Source: Eledone cirrhosa
Taxonomy: Eukaryota
NCBI GenBank assembly: GCA_964016885.1
Contig: OZ024746.1
Coordinates: forward strand, 48,732,001 to 48,796,000
DNA length: 64,000 bases
Reading direction: 5' to 3'
Position 1 is the stretch's first letter. Every line of letters begins with the position of its first letter. Positions 13,032-25,475 of the stretch are shown piece after piece. The notes beneath the pieces were generated by a model. The model saw nothing but the letters and a program-made list of their open reading frames with translations. It was not told where the DNA came from and did no database searches. A program made the position numbers and the translations under genes.

Positions 13032-14684
13032 TTATAGCCCTAGTCTACCCCCCGGGTCATTATGGGGTTTGAGGGCGAGATAAGTCCTACGCAATCTATG
13101 TTTACATGCAGTAACCAGTTCATCTTTCTTGTTTAGGAGTTGGTCCGTCGAAAACAGCATTTGTAAAGTTTCCTCCGAGCATAAATTGCACGGACGGCGT
13201 CCTCCCGTGTAAGAATTGGCTCTGGACAGTAATCTCCAAGTGAGATCATAGGTGATGTTGTTGTCCTTGAGGTCCCATATGTGGCCCGAAAGTGTAGTGG
13301 CGTGACGCCGGGCCGGGTTTCGGAAGGTATGTCTATGTTGGTATAGCCGGGTCTTGAAGTCACATGCGGTAAGTTCTATATAGGCTTTGTTGGAGGTATC
13401 CGTCCTCACGTTGCACTGGTAGATCACATTACGGTCTCTGCATCTATTGTCGAGTGGGCAAATAGATCTATCCGGGCAGTTACACCTCCTGGTCGGTTCT
13501 CCACTGCTATTTAGGTTATTTCTGCCATCGGGGTTGAGTTTTTTGTTGTTAGAGGAGACGATGTTTTGTGCGAAGTTTGGTGTAGTGCTGTAAGAGAGTT
13601 TGATGGTATTTTTGTTAATTATGTTGTGGTAGCGGTGTTGTAATGGGAAGTGTTTTTCAATGAGCCTAAAGAATAGTTTCCCGATGGGAGTTGTCACCTC
13701 TGCGTTGTGGGGAGGATTGAACCATGTTACATTGCGTGAGCGGCGGTGTCTCCTGCTGGTCCCGCTAATGGGAGCTGGACAGTAGGATATTTCCTCCCGG
13801 AAACCACTCCGCTTGAGGGCCTGGTTGTAATAAGGCGCATGTTCATCGAATATCCGCTCATTAGCTGACAAACGGGATATGCGGAGGGAGATGTTTTTGA
13901 CCAGGTTGTTTGTGATGTTCCTAGGATGGTTAGATCGGCGGTGGATGTAGTGCAGATTGTCATTAGGTTTCCTGTATGGGTAGTACAGGTCGTTTTCGAG
14001 GTCGAGGGTCACGTCCAGGAAGTTTACTCTGGTCAGGGACGTTTGTAGGGTTATTTTAAATCCCCAGTCGCGGAAGAATCTGATTAATTGTTTCCGGACC
14101 CGATCTGTACTACTGGGGTTGTACCCTTTAAGGGTAAGGAGCCCATCATCACGGTACAATCCACCACCGAATGCAGGAAACATATCAGTGAGTTTGGCTA
14201 TTAGGAATAATCCTATAAGATCTGTGACCTCCGCCGAATCCGTGGCGCCCATGCTGACGTCGAAGGGTGAGTCGGGAGCTCTTTTTATCCATTTAGAGTC
14301 GTCAAAGAGTAAGACTGTCTTCCTGGCGTGGAGGATGATTTTTCTTTCCTGGTCGGTGATGGGCACAAGTGTTTCGGCGAAGTCCAAGGCGGCAGTAAGT
14401 AGCGGTAAGGTGATTGAAGCATAGTAGCTCTCTATGTCGAACTGTATGAATTTAGTTTCTCGTTTATCCTCCATATTGCTGAACCAGGAGATTACTTCCT
14501 GGGTGTTGATCCATAGGCTAAGTCGGGTGTGTTGCTTGACTTTTGGTATCACGCGGTCTAGGATTTTTTTGCTGATTCTCCCTATGTCGGACTTCGTTGG
14601 GTTAATAAGCCTGACAGAGGGTTTACGGTCAAAATCGGATTTATGGTCCTTCAGTGTGAAGTATGGTGTCCGTGGATCTTTCAT
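13032..14684 (-). CDS. PLE reverse transcriptase + GIY-YIG endonuclease (Naiad-like), N-terminally truncated
   Basis: Motifs TLKDHK, RLINP.KSDIG, FDIESYY, MG..DSA, LYRDD, FLDVT, WFNPP, KLSYS, CNC..CPL...C, then VIYQC...YIE...FKTRL..H and CNLC..E. It is colinear with 28810-31023 from about residue 175, and its start coincides with the inversion junction. Confidence 0.92.
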   Translation of the reverse strand: MKDPRTPYFTLKDHKSDFDRKPSVRLINPTKSDIGRISKKILDRVIPKVKQHTRLSLWINTQEVISWFSNMEDKRETKFIQFDIESYYASITLPLLTAALDFAETLVPITDQERKIILHARKTVLLFDDSKWIKRAPDSPFDVSMGATDSAEVTDLIGLFLIAKLTDMFPAFGGGLYRDDGLLTLKGYNPSSTDRVRKQLIRFFRDWGFKITLQTSLTRVNFLDVTLDLENDLYYPYRKPNDNLHYIHRRSNHPRNITNNLVKNISLRISRLSANERIFDEHAPYYNQALKRSGFREEISYCPAPISGTSRRHRRSRNVTWFNPPHNAEVTTPIGKLFFRLIEKHFPLQHRYHNIINKNTIKLSYSTTPNFAQNIVSSNNKKLNPDGRNNLNSSGEPTRRCNCPDRSICPLDNRCRDRNVIYQCNVRTDTSNKAYIELTACDFKTRLYQHRHTFRNPARRHATTLSGHIWDLKDNNITYDLTWRLLSRANSYTGGRRPCNLCSEETLQMLFSTDQLLNKKDELVTACKHRLRRTYLALKPHNDPGGRLGL

Positions 14685-15362
14685 GTAGCTTGTTTTATAT
14701 CTTTTAGAGTTAGCATTAGTATATATTTTTCTCGGGACTCAGAATTATTATCTCGTATTAGTTCACTTTGCTGCACTGGGTGGTTGCTGGAATTGTGCCC
14801 GGGATGGAAACCTTTATTGTTTATTTCGTGGTAGTCTCTTTAGTATTTTGGCCCCTTTTGTTGACCCGTCACCGTATCATTTACGTACTTATACCTCTTA
14901 AAAGGGTCCTCGCCTATCCGTCCCACCTAGTTCTTTTACTTATTTCGTTATTTCTTTATTTCTTTCTTTACTTCTTTCTTTCTTTATTTATTTATTTATT
15001 CTAGCCTAACAATAGCTAGAGACCTAGGTCGTAGAATTTAATTTACTTTACTTTTTTCTTTACACTCATTTGTTTTTCTTTACACTTATTTGCTTTTCTT
15101 CACTCTCAGTATTTTTTCTTTCCTATATATTTCTACCCCCCATTGTTCTACCTACCGTTCCGACTTCCTCCCCCTCCCCCTCCCCTGTATCTTCTTTGAC
15201 CTCATGCCCAGCTGTAGCTGGCACTACAAACGCCTGATTGGGTCTACTCCACCCCCTCCCCTCTTTCTCCTACTGGCAGGTTTAGCCACCATCTCCCCTA
15301 CTAATTTGCAACCACAGAATTACTACTGATTTTTGACAATCACTTTGACCATATATGGAATT

Positions 15363-15456
15363 ACCCCTTGAGAAGATCGGCTATTTAAATACCAGGATAA
15401 ATTTTCATTTAGTCCAGAATTAGCCGTCGAAACGGCTTGAGCTCAGCTGTCGGGGT
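15363..15456 (+). ncRNA. Type I hammerhead, UUGAGAA core, in inverted pLTR
   Basis: acccc TTGAGAA ga(t)cggcta...tagccgtc GAAA cggct-tgagctc-agctg TC ggggt. All three stems are present, with a GUC triplet and predicted cut after 15451. Confidence 0.75.
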
Positions 15457-15466
15457 CTTACTGGTT

Positions 15467-15550
<84 letters not shown>

Positions 15551-15688
15551 TATATATATATATATATATTCACACACATATATATATATTTATATATATA
15601 TATATACACACATATATATATATTTATATATATATATATATCTCACCAGGAGATTAACATCACCAAAGGTTATATATATGCATACACG

Positions 15689-15768
<80 letters not shown>

Positions 15769-16183
15769 AACATGCATACATACATATACATATATATATA
15801 TATACATACATGCATACACACACATATATATATGTATATATATATGTGTGTGTGTGTATTCGTATATATATATATATACACACACAATATATACACAGTG
15901 TATATATAACCTTTGGTGATTTTAATCCCTTGGTGAGATATATATATAAATATATATATATGTGTGTGTATATATATATATATATATATTTAAATATATG
16001 TATGTATGTGTCTGTGTGTTTGTGTATGTATATATATATAACCTTTGGCGATGTTAATCCCTTTGTGAGATATCTCAATATTCAATAAAGGGTTGATACC
16101 ATTCCTTAATATATGCCGTTATCTACGAGGACTATAGTCTACATAGAATACAAATTACGGTTTTATTTTTAGATTCTTAGATG

Positions 16184-16290
16184 TGTCCAGTAGACAGAGA
16201 TAATGCCATTTTAGAGATATGTAAATATATCGTGATAAAATATCATTCTCACATTCTGTTTTAGACATATATCTCTTCATAGGAGTTGAA
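16184..16290 (+). repeat. Dispersed repeat, second copy at ~19886-19990
   Basis: tgtccagta..cagag.taatgccatttt.gagatatgtaaatat...aaatatcatt...agacatat...ca.aggagt occurs at both sites. Confidence 0.7.
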
Positions 16291-17158
16291 GTGTCAACGA
16301 AAAGGCTACAGTGAGAATTACCAGACTTACCATGTATTTAGAAAACTAATACAGTTTTATCAATCTATTTAACATATATGTAGCTAAAAACACACACGCG
16401 CACACACACAAACACACACACGCACACACTCGTGCGCGCGCGCACACACACACACATATATATATATATATGTAAATAAAAAATAAAAATAAATTTTCAC
16501 TCTACATGGCTGAATACAATAAATTAAAATTGAGGCTTGTTTGCATAATTGCAATCGAATCGAATATTATTATTAATATTCGAAAAACTCAGATTACATT
16601 TATTATATATATATATGCATATATATATACATATGTATAAATATGTATGTATATATATATATATATAAAAATGAAATGTATAGAAATTATTATGAGCAAG
16701 AAGCACACAGTATTTCATAATATATAAGTGACTATAGCGTCAAAATGGGAAGATAGTTAACGTAAGATGTGGGAAAAATAATTCAAACTGAATTCAAAAA
16801 GAATTAGAATATAGATTCATCCAACAGAATTTAGTGAAATTCAGGGAAAAATCAATAGAGCCTTAACTCATGTTAAAATAAAGTTTAAAATACTCATCCT
16901 TCAATTTGGAAAAACTACAAATGCTATGTATAGTCTTGAAAAGACTATTTCACGAAACTTTCAGTGGGGATGGTCACGGTTGGATTCGATCATCAGCAGA
17001 GCTCGACACGATAACCAAAATCTCACTGATTATAATATGCCAAAAAGTGAATTTAAAAGCAGGCTAGTTCGACATCATGCATAATTATGAAAATAAACAC
17101 GCATGTGGAGACAGGGCTGGTGACGTCAGAATGACGTATATATATATACATATATATA

Positions 17159-17230
<72 letters not shown>

Positions 17231-17364
17231 TATATATATCAGGTTCGATCATTAATCGCTCGTACCTCTAGCTGATCGACAGTGAAACATATGTAATTAA
17301 ATATGTATATCATGCAACACTTATTCTTTGTTCCCTTATATTATATTATATATATATATTATAT

Positions 17365-17397
<33 letters not shown>

Positions 17398-18002
17398 TTG
17401 CAATTAGTCCACAAAACACTGAGCAGTCACCCTAAACCGAACGCTAAACTGCACACATGAGTCCTGCTAAACTAATCCGCGCTCCACCTTTCAAATTCGG
17501 CAAACCGAACGCTGACCGCATGTATTTCTTTCTTTCATAGTCAATATCTTCACGATTGATGTGTTGCAGCATTTTATTGTGAACCATTTATGTACATATT
17601 TCATATCCTACCAAAGTAAACTATACATGTCACTCTTACGGGACCTATAAAGTAAAGTCCCAGTCAATAACACGGCTAGACTAATATCTTAGCAATTGAC
17701 AAAATATAGGAATGACAGAAACATCACTCAGAAGCGTACTTTTAGCGATGCATCTTTATTTCGGTATTATAACGGAGCGATGCACAAATATAATACATAA
17801 ACAACATTATGTATATATGTATATGTATGGTTCTGTAACTCCTGATAGAGTCGTAAGGGCACCGTATTGACATACGGCGTTTCTTGGGCATTTTAAGCTT
17901 GGCAGAGCTCATCCCTCTCCAGGCCTGAGTACAGCAGATTTCTTCCAGAGAAAGATAGAAAAAGTGAGAGAGAGAAAATGAGAAAAAGATATAGAAGAAG
18001 AA

Positions 18003-18138
18003 AATACTGCAGTACTAGACTGGTACTTTTTTTAATCGACCTCGAAATGATGAAAGGCAAAGTTGACCTCGGCGGGATTTGAACTCAGTGAGCAGAGAGC
18101 ATTCTATCCGACGTTTTGATGACTGCCAATACAACGCC
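18003..18138 (-). mobile_element. tRNA-derived SINE (family B), partial
   Basis: ctggtact...atcgacc...gatgaaaggcaaagttgacctcggcgggatttgaactcag. Confidence 0.8.
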
Positions 18139-18878
18139 TGAAATAAATATTAGGTTTTCTCCAATTCCAGCATCTCCCTAAGCTTAAAGCTGTATAGTAT
18201 GTGAGACAAAGAAGGGGTCTTTACGTAGTCGCTTGTTCAGCTAGAATCAGCAGCCATATCTCTATTAAATAAGATCTAGTTTTCTTACAAAATAAACGAT
18301 AAATTGAATAATCTGCTTTTACATACATTATTCCTGAATAAACAACGGAAGATTGTCACGGATGGATTGGCACGGATGGAAAGCATATACTCATACATCC
18401 ACTGTATCAGATCTGACGTGGGTTAAACAACGAAAGTAACAATAACAACTTGATAGTTTCGTCCGATTTCAGATCTTAGAATTGAATGTATTTATTATAC
18501 GTTTAGACTAATACCAGTTAACCTGTCAATTAGTATAATGTGTGTACTATTTGTGTATTAACTTATCCTGATGATACAGTCTGAGGCAATGTGTCTGATA
18601 ATCAGTGTTACCCTGAGCCTTCAATATATCAGTTTACGATGTTCCACCATGTGGAAGATATATTTCACAGTTCCAAGTAAACGAAAATTTGTGTAATTTA
18701 TCCCAAGAAGCTTCAACCTCGAATTTATCAAGTCATCTAGATTTAAAGAGGTACCATTTGGAAGATGTAGATGGCTGTTTCAGGCAACTAGTGGTTTTAT
18801 AATTTATGATGAACATTATTCAGCGTTGAATTACTGATCTCCAAACAGGTTATCGGTTTACGTGTACTCAATACACGA

Positions 18879-19090
18879 ATGGATTGGCAGTATCGTAGAG
18901 TGTCGGACATCATACTTCGTGGTTGAAAATTACGGTCCTTTACGTTCTGAGTTCAAAGCCTGCCGACGTTGACTTTGACTTTCATCCTTACAGCGTCGAT
19001 AAAATAAAGTACCAGTGAAAATTGGGTTCGAGTTGGTCGACTTTCCCCACTCCTTCGAATTGCTGGCTTTGTGCCTATAGTAGAAACAAT
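18879..19090 (+). mobile_element. tRNA-derived SINE (family B)
   Basis: tggattggcagtatcg...gttctgagttcaaa...ctttcatcctt...gtcgataaaataaagtaccagt...gtagaaacaat. Confidence 0.85.
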
Positions 19091-19654
19091 ATATCTAGCT
19101 CCTGCTGTAAATCGTAGTGATCTAGAAGAGCAATGAAGATTGAAAAAATATTGACTATTATGGAGATAGACAGAAGATTGCTATCTAATATATTTTACTT
19201 TTATTGTGCAGATTGTTAATACAATTTGAATATGAAGTTCTTACGGTTCTATTTGTGTGTTTTTTCAAAAATATAATATTGCGCATTATTTTCTCAAAAG
19301 CTGATAATGCGATAAAATACGCAAAATAATGATTTGACCAAATTCCAAGAACGTTTGAATCCCATCATGTATACACACACATATGCACTCACACACATAC
19401 AGAGATACACACATACACACATACACACATACACACACACGCGCACACACATACACACACACACACACACTCGCACACATACACACATACACGTACACAA
19501 ACAGAAGAATACACACACACATGTATCGCCAAAACATCCGTGACAGCTGGCGAAGGGAAACTGTCCATCTCTTGTTTGTGTCGCCTTACCTTCTAACACT
19601 CGTTATCCACACACCCTCGCCTTCCTCAATATATATATATATGTATATATATAC

Positions 19655-19785
<131 letters not shown>

Positions 19786-20507
19786 TTTGCATGTGTTTTA
19801 TTTTACATATATATGATACAGATATGTATGTATATATGTATGTACGTATGTATTTATGTTTGTATGCTTGTATGCATGTAAAATTTGTCCAGTAAGCAGA
19901 GCTAATGCCATTTTTGAGATATGTAAATATCCCACGATCAAATATCATTTATATATTCCGTTCCAGACATATGTTTCCTCACAGGAGTCATGTAAATATC
20001 ACCAAAGATGAAAAAAAGGCGCACATGAAGGATATAACTTCTGTTTGGTCTATCAAGGATGGAAAGATCCCCTTATTACATCCACTCCGTAATAAATAAA
20101 TAAATAACTGAAGCATTAGATGAAATTGTTCAAATATCTTCGCAGCCCAGCTTTGATATTTGGCTTTGGTAAAAGCAATCATTAATGCTTGAAATGCTTA
20201 ATATATTATGCCTTTTAGTCTTTTGGGACTGCAGCCATGCTCAGGCATTACCCTCATGTGGTTTAATCAATCATTGCAACATTTTCCGGTATATATCTTA
20301 TCGATATATATCTTTTTAATTGCTCACCGAACTGTTCAGGGAGATAAAGTAAATTGATATCACAATGTATTTTTACTCGGTTGCCGTTACATCGAAACAC
20401 ACACACACAGACACACACACACACATATATAGAGAGATATATAGATAGCTAACTAGCTAGACCGAGACACACGCGCGAATATATATATATATATATGTAT
20501 GTTTATA

Positions 20508-20657
20508 TGGGAAAAAATTCAGGACCCCGCAGCTAGCGAAACGGCCGGGGCTCAGCCGCGGGGTCCTGACTTTTTTCCTATCACCCACTCTACTACCCTA
20601 AGTATCGAGTACTCTGGAGCGTTATGGTCCACCTGGTTCTTTACCACACTTCCTTCG

Positions 20658-20660
<3 letters not shown>
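20508..20660 (+). mobile_element. Short foldback PLE relic related to the 11.7-15.5 kb element
   Basis: ggaaaaaa.tcaggaccccgc / gcggggtcctga.ttttttcc are inverted. The tail cctatcacccactctactacc..aagtat.gagtact..gg.gcgttatggtccacct matches the reverse complement of 11710-11790. Flanked by (TA)n. Confidence 0.8.
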
Positions 20661-20717
<57 letters not shown>

Positions 20718-20723
<6 letters not shown>

Positions 20724-21120
20724 GTGAGGTTTTTTTTTTTTTTTTTTTTTTTACAAAATGAAAAATAACCGAGGTGTCCTACACGAGTGAAAGTATAAAG
20801 AAAAAGAGATGAAATCGAAAATGCAACTGGAGTCTTATTTTTTTTAAAAATATATATATTTATTTGGTTCCTTTACCGGTTTCGCAGTTCTTCTGCTTTT
20901 CAAAAGGTGAGTTGAGATGGAGGGTCTGTGGTTTTTCTCACATCTGGTTGGTCTCTGAATGTTACTTGTTTTATATGGAAAAAGTGGCTCGAAATGCCAG
21001 GTTTTTCGAGAAGTAATTTGATTGGTTTGTCAATAATTATAATAAATTTCGCGCCAGTTCGCGTTACAATAGTTCTTCAAATAAGAGGGGGGGGGGGGTT
21101 GTCACAGGTTGTTTTTTGAT
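20718..21120 (-). mobile_element. Longer family X PLE relic with UUGAAAA hammerhead at 20870-20907
   Basis: 20718-20946 matches the reverse complement of 9534-9752 and starts at (TA)n. The far boundary is uncertain. Confidence 0.75.
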
Positions 21121-21133
21121 ATATGAGTGTTTG

Positions 21134-21185
21134 AATTTCTTTTTACTTGAAAAAAGGAGGCTCACGAAGGCTTTTTTGGGGTTGG

Positions 21186-21230
<45 letters not shown>

Positions 21231-21283
21231 ACCAACCCCCAAAAAGCCTTCGTGAGCCTCCTTTTTTCAAGTAAAAAGAAATT
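21134..21283. repeat. 54-bp inverted repeat flanking a (TA)n tract
   Basis: aatttctttttacttgaaaaaaggaggctcacgaaggcttttttggggttggtt, then (TA)n, then its near-exact reverse complement. Confidence 0.9.
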
Positions 21284-21431
21284 TATCTTGACTCTGTATT
21301 CCGTTTATCTTTCACCGAAAGTGATTTTTCATTGCATCTCTTCTTTCCATGATATCCGGATTACATTGAGTTCTTCATACGGATTGGACACTACCGTAAA
21401 CTCTTGGTAGATTTATCTATATATATAAATG

Positions 21432-21471
<40 letters not shown>

Positions 21472-21741
21472 ACATGTTCAACATCACCTTATCTTCTCTC
21501 CAACATGTTATACCAATACAAATTCCCCCCTTTGATAATACATAAAATGCTGAAACCGGTAATAGACAATTATTAAATATATAAATAAATAAATGCCATT
21601 GTTAATTAATAAATAAATTAACTAACACTTCACACAGTAAGATATTTTGTTTTAAACATTTTCTAACACAGAAAAAAAGAGAAAAAAATAAAGGAAAATA
21701 ATATATTTTTCTTCCTAATAATCGTCCTTTTCTCCCTATTT

Positions 21742-21805
<64 letters not shown>

Positions 21806-22697
21806 TGAGTGAAAGAGAGAGAGAGAGAGAGATACAGATAAACGTGCAAGTTTCTGTCCTTACTCACAATGCGTTGTTAAAACCGTTGATATTGTAGGAG
21901 AATCATGTCCAGGACTAGAATGACTTCAGCCCCCAACAAAAAGAAATAAATATGAGATTGTGAACAGATGTTCTCAATAATACAGATATATATTGCACGA
22001 AATTAACTCGAATATTTTAGTTTAAATATTCGAATTGAAGCCTATCGACCATGTCATGATTGAAAATTTCTGAGAATCGATATTCATTAAGTAATAAGTG
22101 GAGATTTGTATGCTTCAATATACAATATATATATGTTTGGGATAGGTTCATATGAAATCCATGTCCAAACGGTGAGAACAGAATTGATATGAGTGGAAGC
22201 TAATGAAACACACCTTACTAATATAGTTTTAGTGCTGCTTTTATAATTGTGAGCTGAACTTCAAAGTAAACCTCTTTACAGCTGAGTGGATTGGCCATCG
22301 TTAAATCAAGTTGTTGAATAATACACATTTGGTTGATGACAATCCAACAATCTGTCGTCTCATTAGTCTCACCCAGCATGTCATTTTATCAGACTGAAAT
22401 GCAGAGGGATGAAATAATTTAGTGTTCGGGGCATAACGGAATGCAATTTCTCATTCTCACAGTATGATGTCCATATATTCATAACAGTTGGTATTTCATG
22501 TAAATTTAGTTTCTACGTTTTGCACTCTACCTTAGAATTGTTAGCTTACCTTAACATAAATTCTATTTTTACAAATTGTACATGCAGCATTGCTTTAAAA
22601 AGTCCTCGATTATCATATACTCAAAATACATACATACACACATACATACATATATACATTCATACATACATTGTAAATAACCTTACTCCTTCTTCAA

Positions 22698-22735
<38 letters not shown>

Positions 22736-22751
22736 TTGCGAGGTTTTTTAT

Positions 22752-25136
22752 ATGAAATCGTGTGTCGAAACAGATATTGTTATATTTGGGGAGGGTCATA
22801 TTTGCGTAATATTGCCAGAATTAATAACAGAACACACTCACTGTTTGGTTGAGACGGAGGCACAGTTCACCATAGCTAGAAATAAGATTAGACAAGTAGT
22901 AGACAGGTACACTATGAGACAGAGCAGACCAGAGGCCCAACAACTTGGGATAAAACCTGTAGAAGGCTTGGTTAGCCTCAAGCAGCGCACAAGGGATGGT
23001 GAGGTAGTGTGTCTACCCACAGATAAGTCTGGTAGGATGTCAATAGATAGCATGCCGAACTACATCGAGGCAATGCAACCCCACATCACCAACACGAGCG
23101 AAGTTGCACAACTAACACACGATGGGAGAGAAAAAATCCTCAACGCTCACATGATGATGTGGACTAACATCCTAAAGCCAAGCAGACGCACTGCCAACAA
23201 CTTCCAGGCGTCTAAAAATGGCATACCACCCTTGTATGGGCTCCGCAAAGACCACAAGACAGTCGACGACCCGACAACAGGACCACCAACAAGACCCGTA
23301 TGCGGAGCTAATATAGCTAGCAACTATAGGATCTCCTACTTACTCTCAATGGTTATACGCCCCATAATCAAGATGTCCCCAGATGTATGTGAAAGTACAG
23401 AGGACCTCCTCAGCAGAATCAGTGAGTGCAACAAAAACAGGAGCCTATCCAACTGCATAATAGGCAGCATGGTGTCACTGTACCCATCCATTAACATTGA
23501 TTTTGCTGTGAAAAGATGTGTGGAGATGATCATTGAGAGTGAGGTGGAGTTCTGCGACGTCGACACAGACGAACTGGGCCTCCTACTTAGACTTACCTAC
23601 GACACTGACTACCTAGACAGCCATGACCTTAGATGTTTCTGCCCTAGTAGACCTATAAGAGGTAGACACCCCACCATAACCTCAATGGCTAAAAAGACTC
23701 CCATAGGAAGGTGGATTGGGTGGACCAAAGCTATACGGATCCCCCAAAACACTGATCAGGTAAGAAAAATGGTCGCACATGCAATAGGGGCTAGTATCAA
23801 AACTACCCTAAAGGGCCACATATTTAAGTTCAACGAGAAAATCTACACCCAAAATGAGGGAGCAGCCATCGGCGTCAGCATAGCTGGTGATGTTGCCAAC
23901 CTTTTCATGGTATGGTGGGAAAGGAGACTTAAAGATCTCCTTAATGAAATCTCCATAGACCTCATCATGTACTCTCGTTATGTAGACGATATCAATATAG
24001 TTATAAGAACACCCCCACTAGAGAGCACTAACAAGTTTGATTTAGAACGTAGCACGATGGAAAGCATCCAGCAGATAGCTAATTCCATACACCAGAGTAT
24101 AACTGTAACTATAGACTTCCCTTCCAAACACCCTAACAATAGACTACCTGTATTAGACACAGAACTCTGGATTAACACTATAGACGAGAGAGCCCAAATT
24201 CTCCACTCACACTATGCTAAACCCATGGCCTCCAAATACCTGATACTCAAAAACTCAGCAATGTCCAGTAGTGCTAAGTTTAATATTCTGATCGCAGATT
24301 TGGTACGAGTGATGAAGAATGTGTCCAGCATGTGCGACCCAACAGAAATGGAAGGACACATCCAACACTTCATCAACCGCATGCAGTTCTCTGGCTACAA
24401 CCAAAGAGACAGAGTCAGAGTATACGAAGGAGCCATGGAAAAGTATAAGACCCTCATAGAACTGGACATGAAAGGAATTTGCCCACTATACAGGAGCAAA
24501 TCATGGAATAGCTTAGATAGGGCTAGACATAAGATAGGGAAGGCCACATCATGGTACGACAACCAGAGATATCAGAGTGTCATGTTTGTGGACGCCACCC
24601 CTGGAGGGAAATTAGCTAACCAGTGTAGAAAGGCCCTGAGAAAGACCCACTTAAAAATAAAGGTGGTAGAAAAGCCAGGAACCACCATAAAATCCCTGAT
24701 CAGCAAAACCTACCCTTTTAAGAAAACCCACTGTACCAATAGGAAATGTATCATATGTAAGGTGAACCCCCGGATAAACTGTAAAACTAGAAACGTAGTC
24801 TATAGCATAAGATGTACAGAGGGTACTTGCAGAAACATGACAACAACATACATAGGTGAGACAGCTCGTAGCATAGGTGAAAGGATAGACCACCACTGGG
24901 GGGAACTAAAAGGACGAAAAAACGGGTCAGTACTATACGAACATGCTAGACAACAACATGACGGTAACATAGACAACATAGAAATTAGAATAATATCTAA
25001 ACATAGGAATGACCCAGCAGATAGGCAAATCAGAGAGGCCAGTGAAATAGAAATTAGAAGACCAAAGCTAAACAGAAAGAATGAGTGGAACAACAACAAC
25101 ACCCAAACAAACAACACTGACCTAAGAGAAGTATAA
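22752..25136 (+). CDS. PLE reverse transcriptase + GIY-YIG endonuclease (Neptune-like); first ~33 codons derive from the inverted repeat
   Basis: PTDKSGR, LYGLRKDHK, TRPVCG, Q.EG.AIG, RYVDD, LPVLD, Cys linker CTNRKCIIC..NC, then VVYSI.C...YIGETARS..ER..H and RQIREA..I....PKLN. Confidence 0.9.
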   Translation: MKSCVETDIVIFGEGHICVILPELITEHTHCLVETEAQFTIARNKIRQVVDRYTMRQSRPEAQQLGIKPVEGLVSLKQRTRDGEVVCLPTDKSGRMSIDSMPNYIEAMQPHITNTSEVAQLTHDGREKILNAHMMMWTNILKPSRRTANNFQASKNGIPPLYGLRKDHKTVDDPTTGPPTRPVCGANIASNYRISYLLSMVIRPIIKMSPDVCESTEDLLSRISECNKNRSLSNCIIGSMVSLYPSINIDFAVKRCVEMIIESEVEFCDVDTDELGLLLRLTYDTDYLDSHDLRCFCPSRPIRGRHPTITSMAKKTPIGRWIGWTKAIRIPQNTDQVRKMVAHAIGASIKTTLKGHIFKFNEKIYTQNEGAAIGVSIAGDVANLFMVWWERRLKDLLNEISIDLIMYSRYVDDINIVIRTPPLESTNKFDLERSTMESIQQIANSIHQSITVTIDFPSKHPNNRLPVLDTELWINTIDERAQILHSHYAKPMASKYLILKNSAMSSSAKFNILIADLVRVMKNVSSMCDPTEMEGHIQHFINRMQFSGYNQRDRVRVYEGAMEKYKTLIELDMKGICPLYRSKSWNSLDRARHKIGKATSWYDNQRYQSVMFVDATPGGKLANQCRKALRKTHLKIKVVEKPGTTIKSLISKTYPFKKTHCTNRKCIICKVNPRINCKTRNVVYSIRCTEGTCRNMTTTYIGETARSIGERIDHHWGELKGRKNGSVLYEHARQQHDGNIDNIEIRIISKHRNDPADRQIREASEIEIRRPKLNRKNEWNNNNTQTNNTDLREV

Positions 25137-25410
25137 ATAAGTAAATAAAATTAAATAAAATAAGATAAATAAATACATACACAAGCACAATAACAACAAG
25201 CACATAAACACACACAACTCACCCAGCAGACACAACACTATACACACTAGTCACACATCACACATAACACTGTACACACACACAAACGCATGCGCAAAGA
25301 AGACAAAATAAAATAAGATAAACAAACAAGCAAATAAATAAATAAATATATAGACAGACCGAACAAAAAAAATGGCGTAGACATACAACACAACAGGAGG
25401 AACAATGAAT

Positions 25411-25475
25411 ATAACACCACTGACGATGTTGCAGATGTGCAACGAAAGATTTATGTAAATTATGTAAACTATATA
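25411..25475 (+). ncRNA. Hammerhead-like core in the Neptune-like 3' UTR
   Basis: CTGACGA t gttgca-gatg-tgcaac GAAA at 25420-25447. Stem II is good, but stems I and III are not convincingly resolved. Confidence 0.4.

Larger units (their letters stand above)
11710..15471 (-). mobile_element. Penelope-like element, Naiad-like, 5'-truncated with inverted pseudo-LTR
   Basis: RT + GIY-YIG ORF with a ~1.3-kb 3' UTR. 14678-15471 is the inverted copy of 11788-12581, with a 78-bp extra tail at 11710-11787. Both ends abut (TA)n. Confidence 0.93.

Noticed and set aside
14119-14688. Antisense ORFs overlapping the PLE ORFs (also 22838-25117 and 28797-29558)
   Set aside because: They are shadow frames of the RT genes with no independent motifs.
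17268-17300. CTGATCGA cagt GAAA catatg TA hammerhead-like string
   Set aside because: It has no stem II and no adequate stem I.
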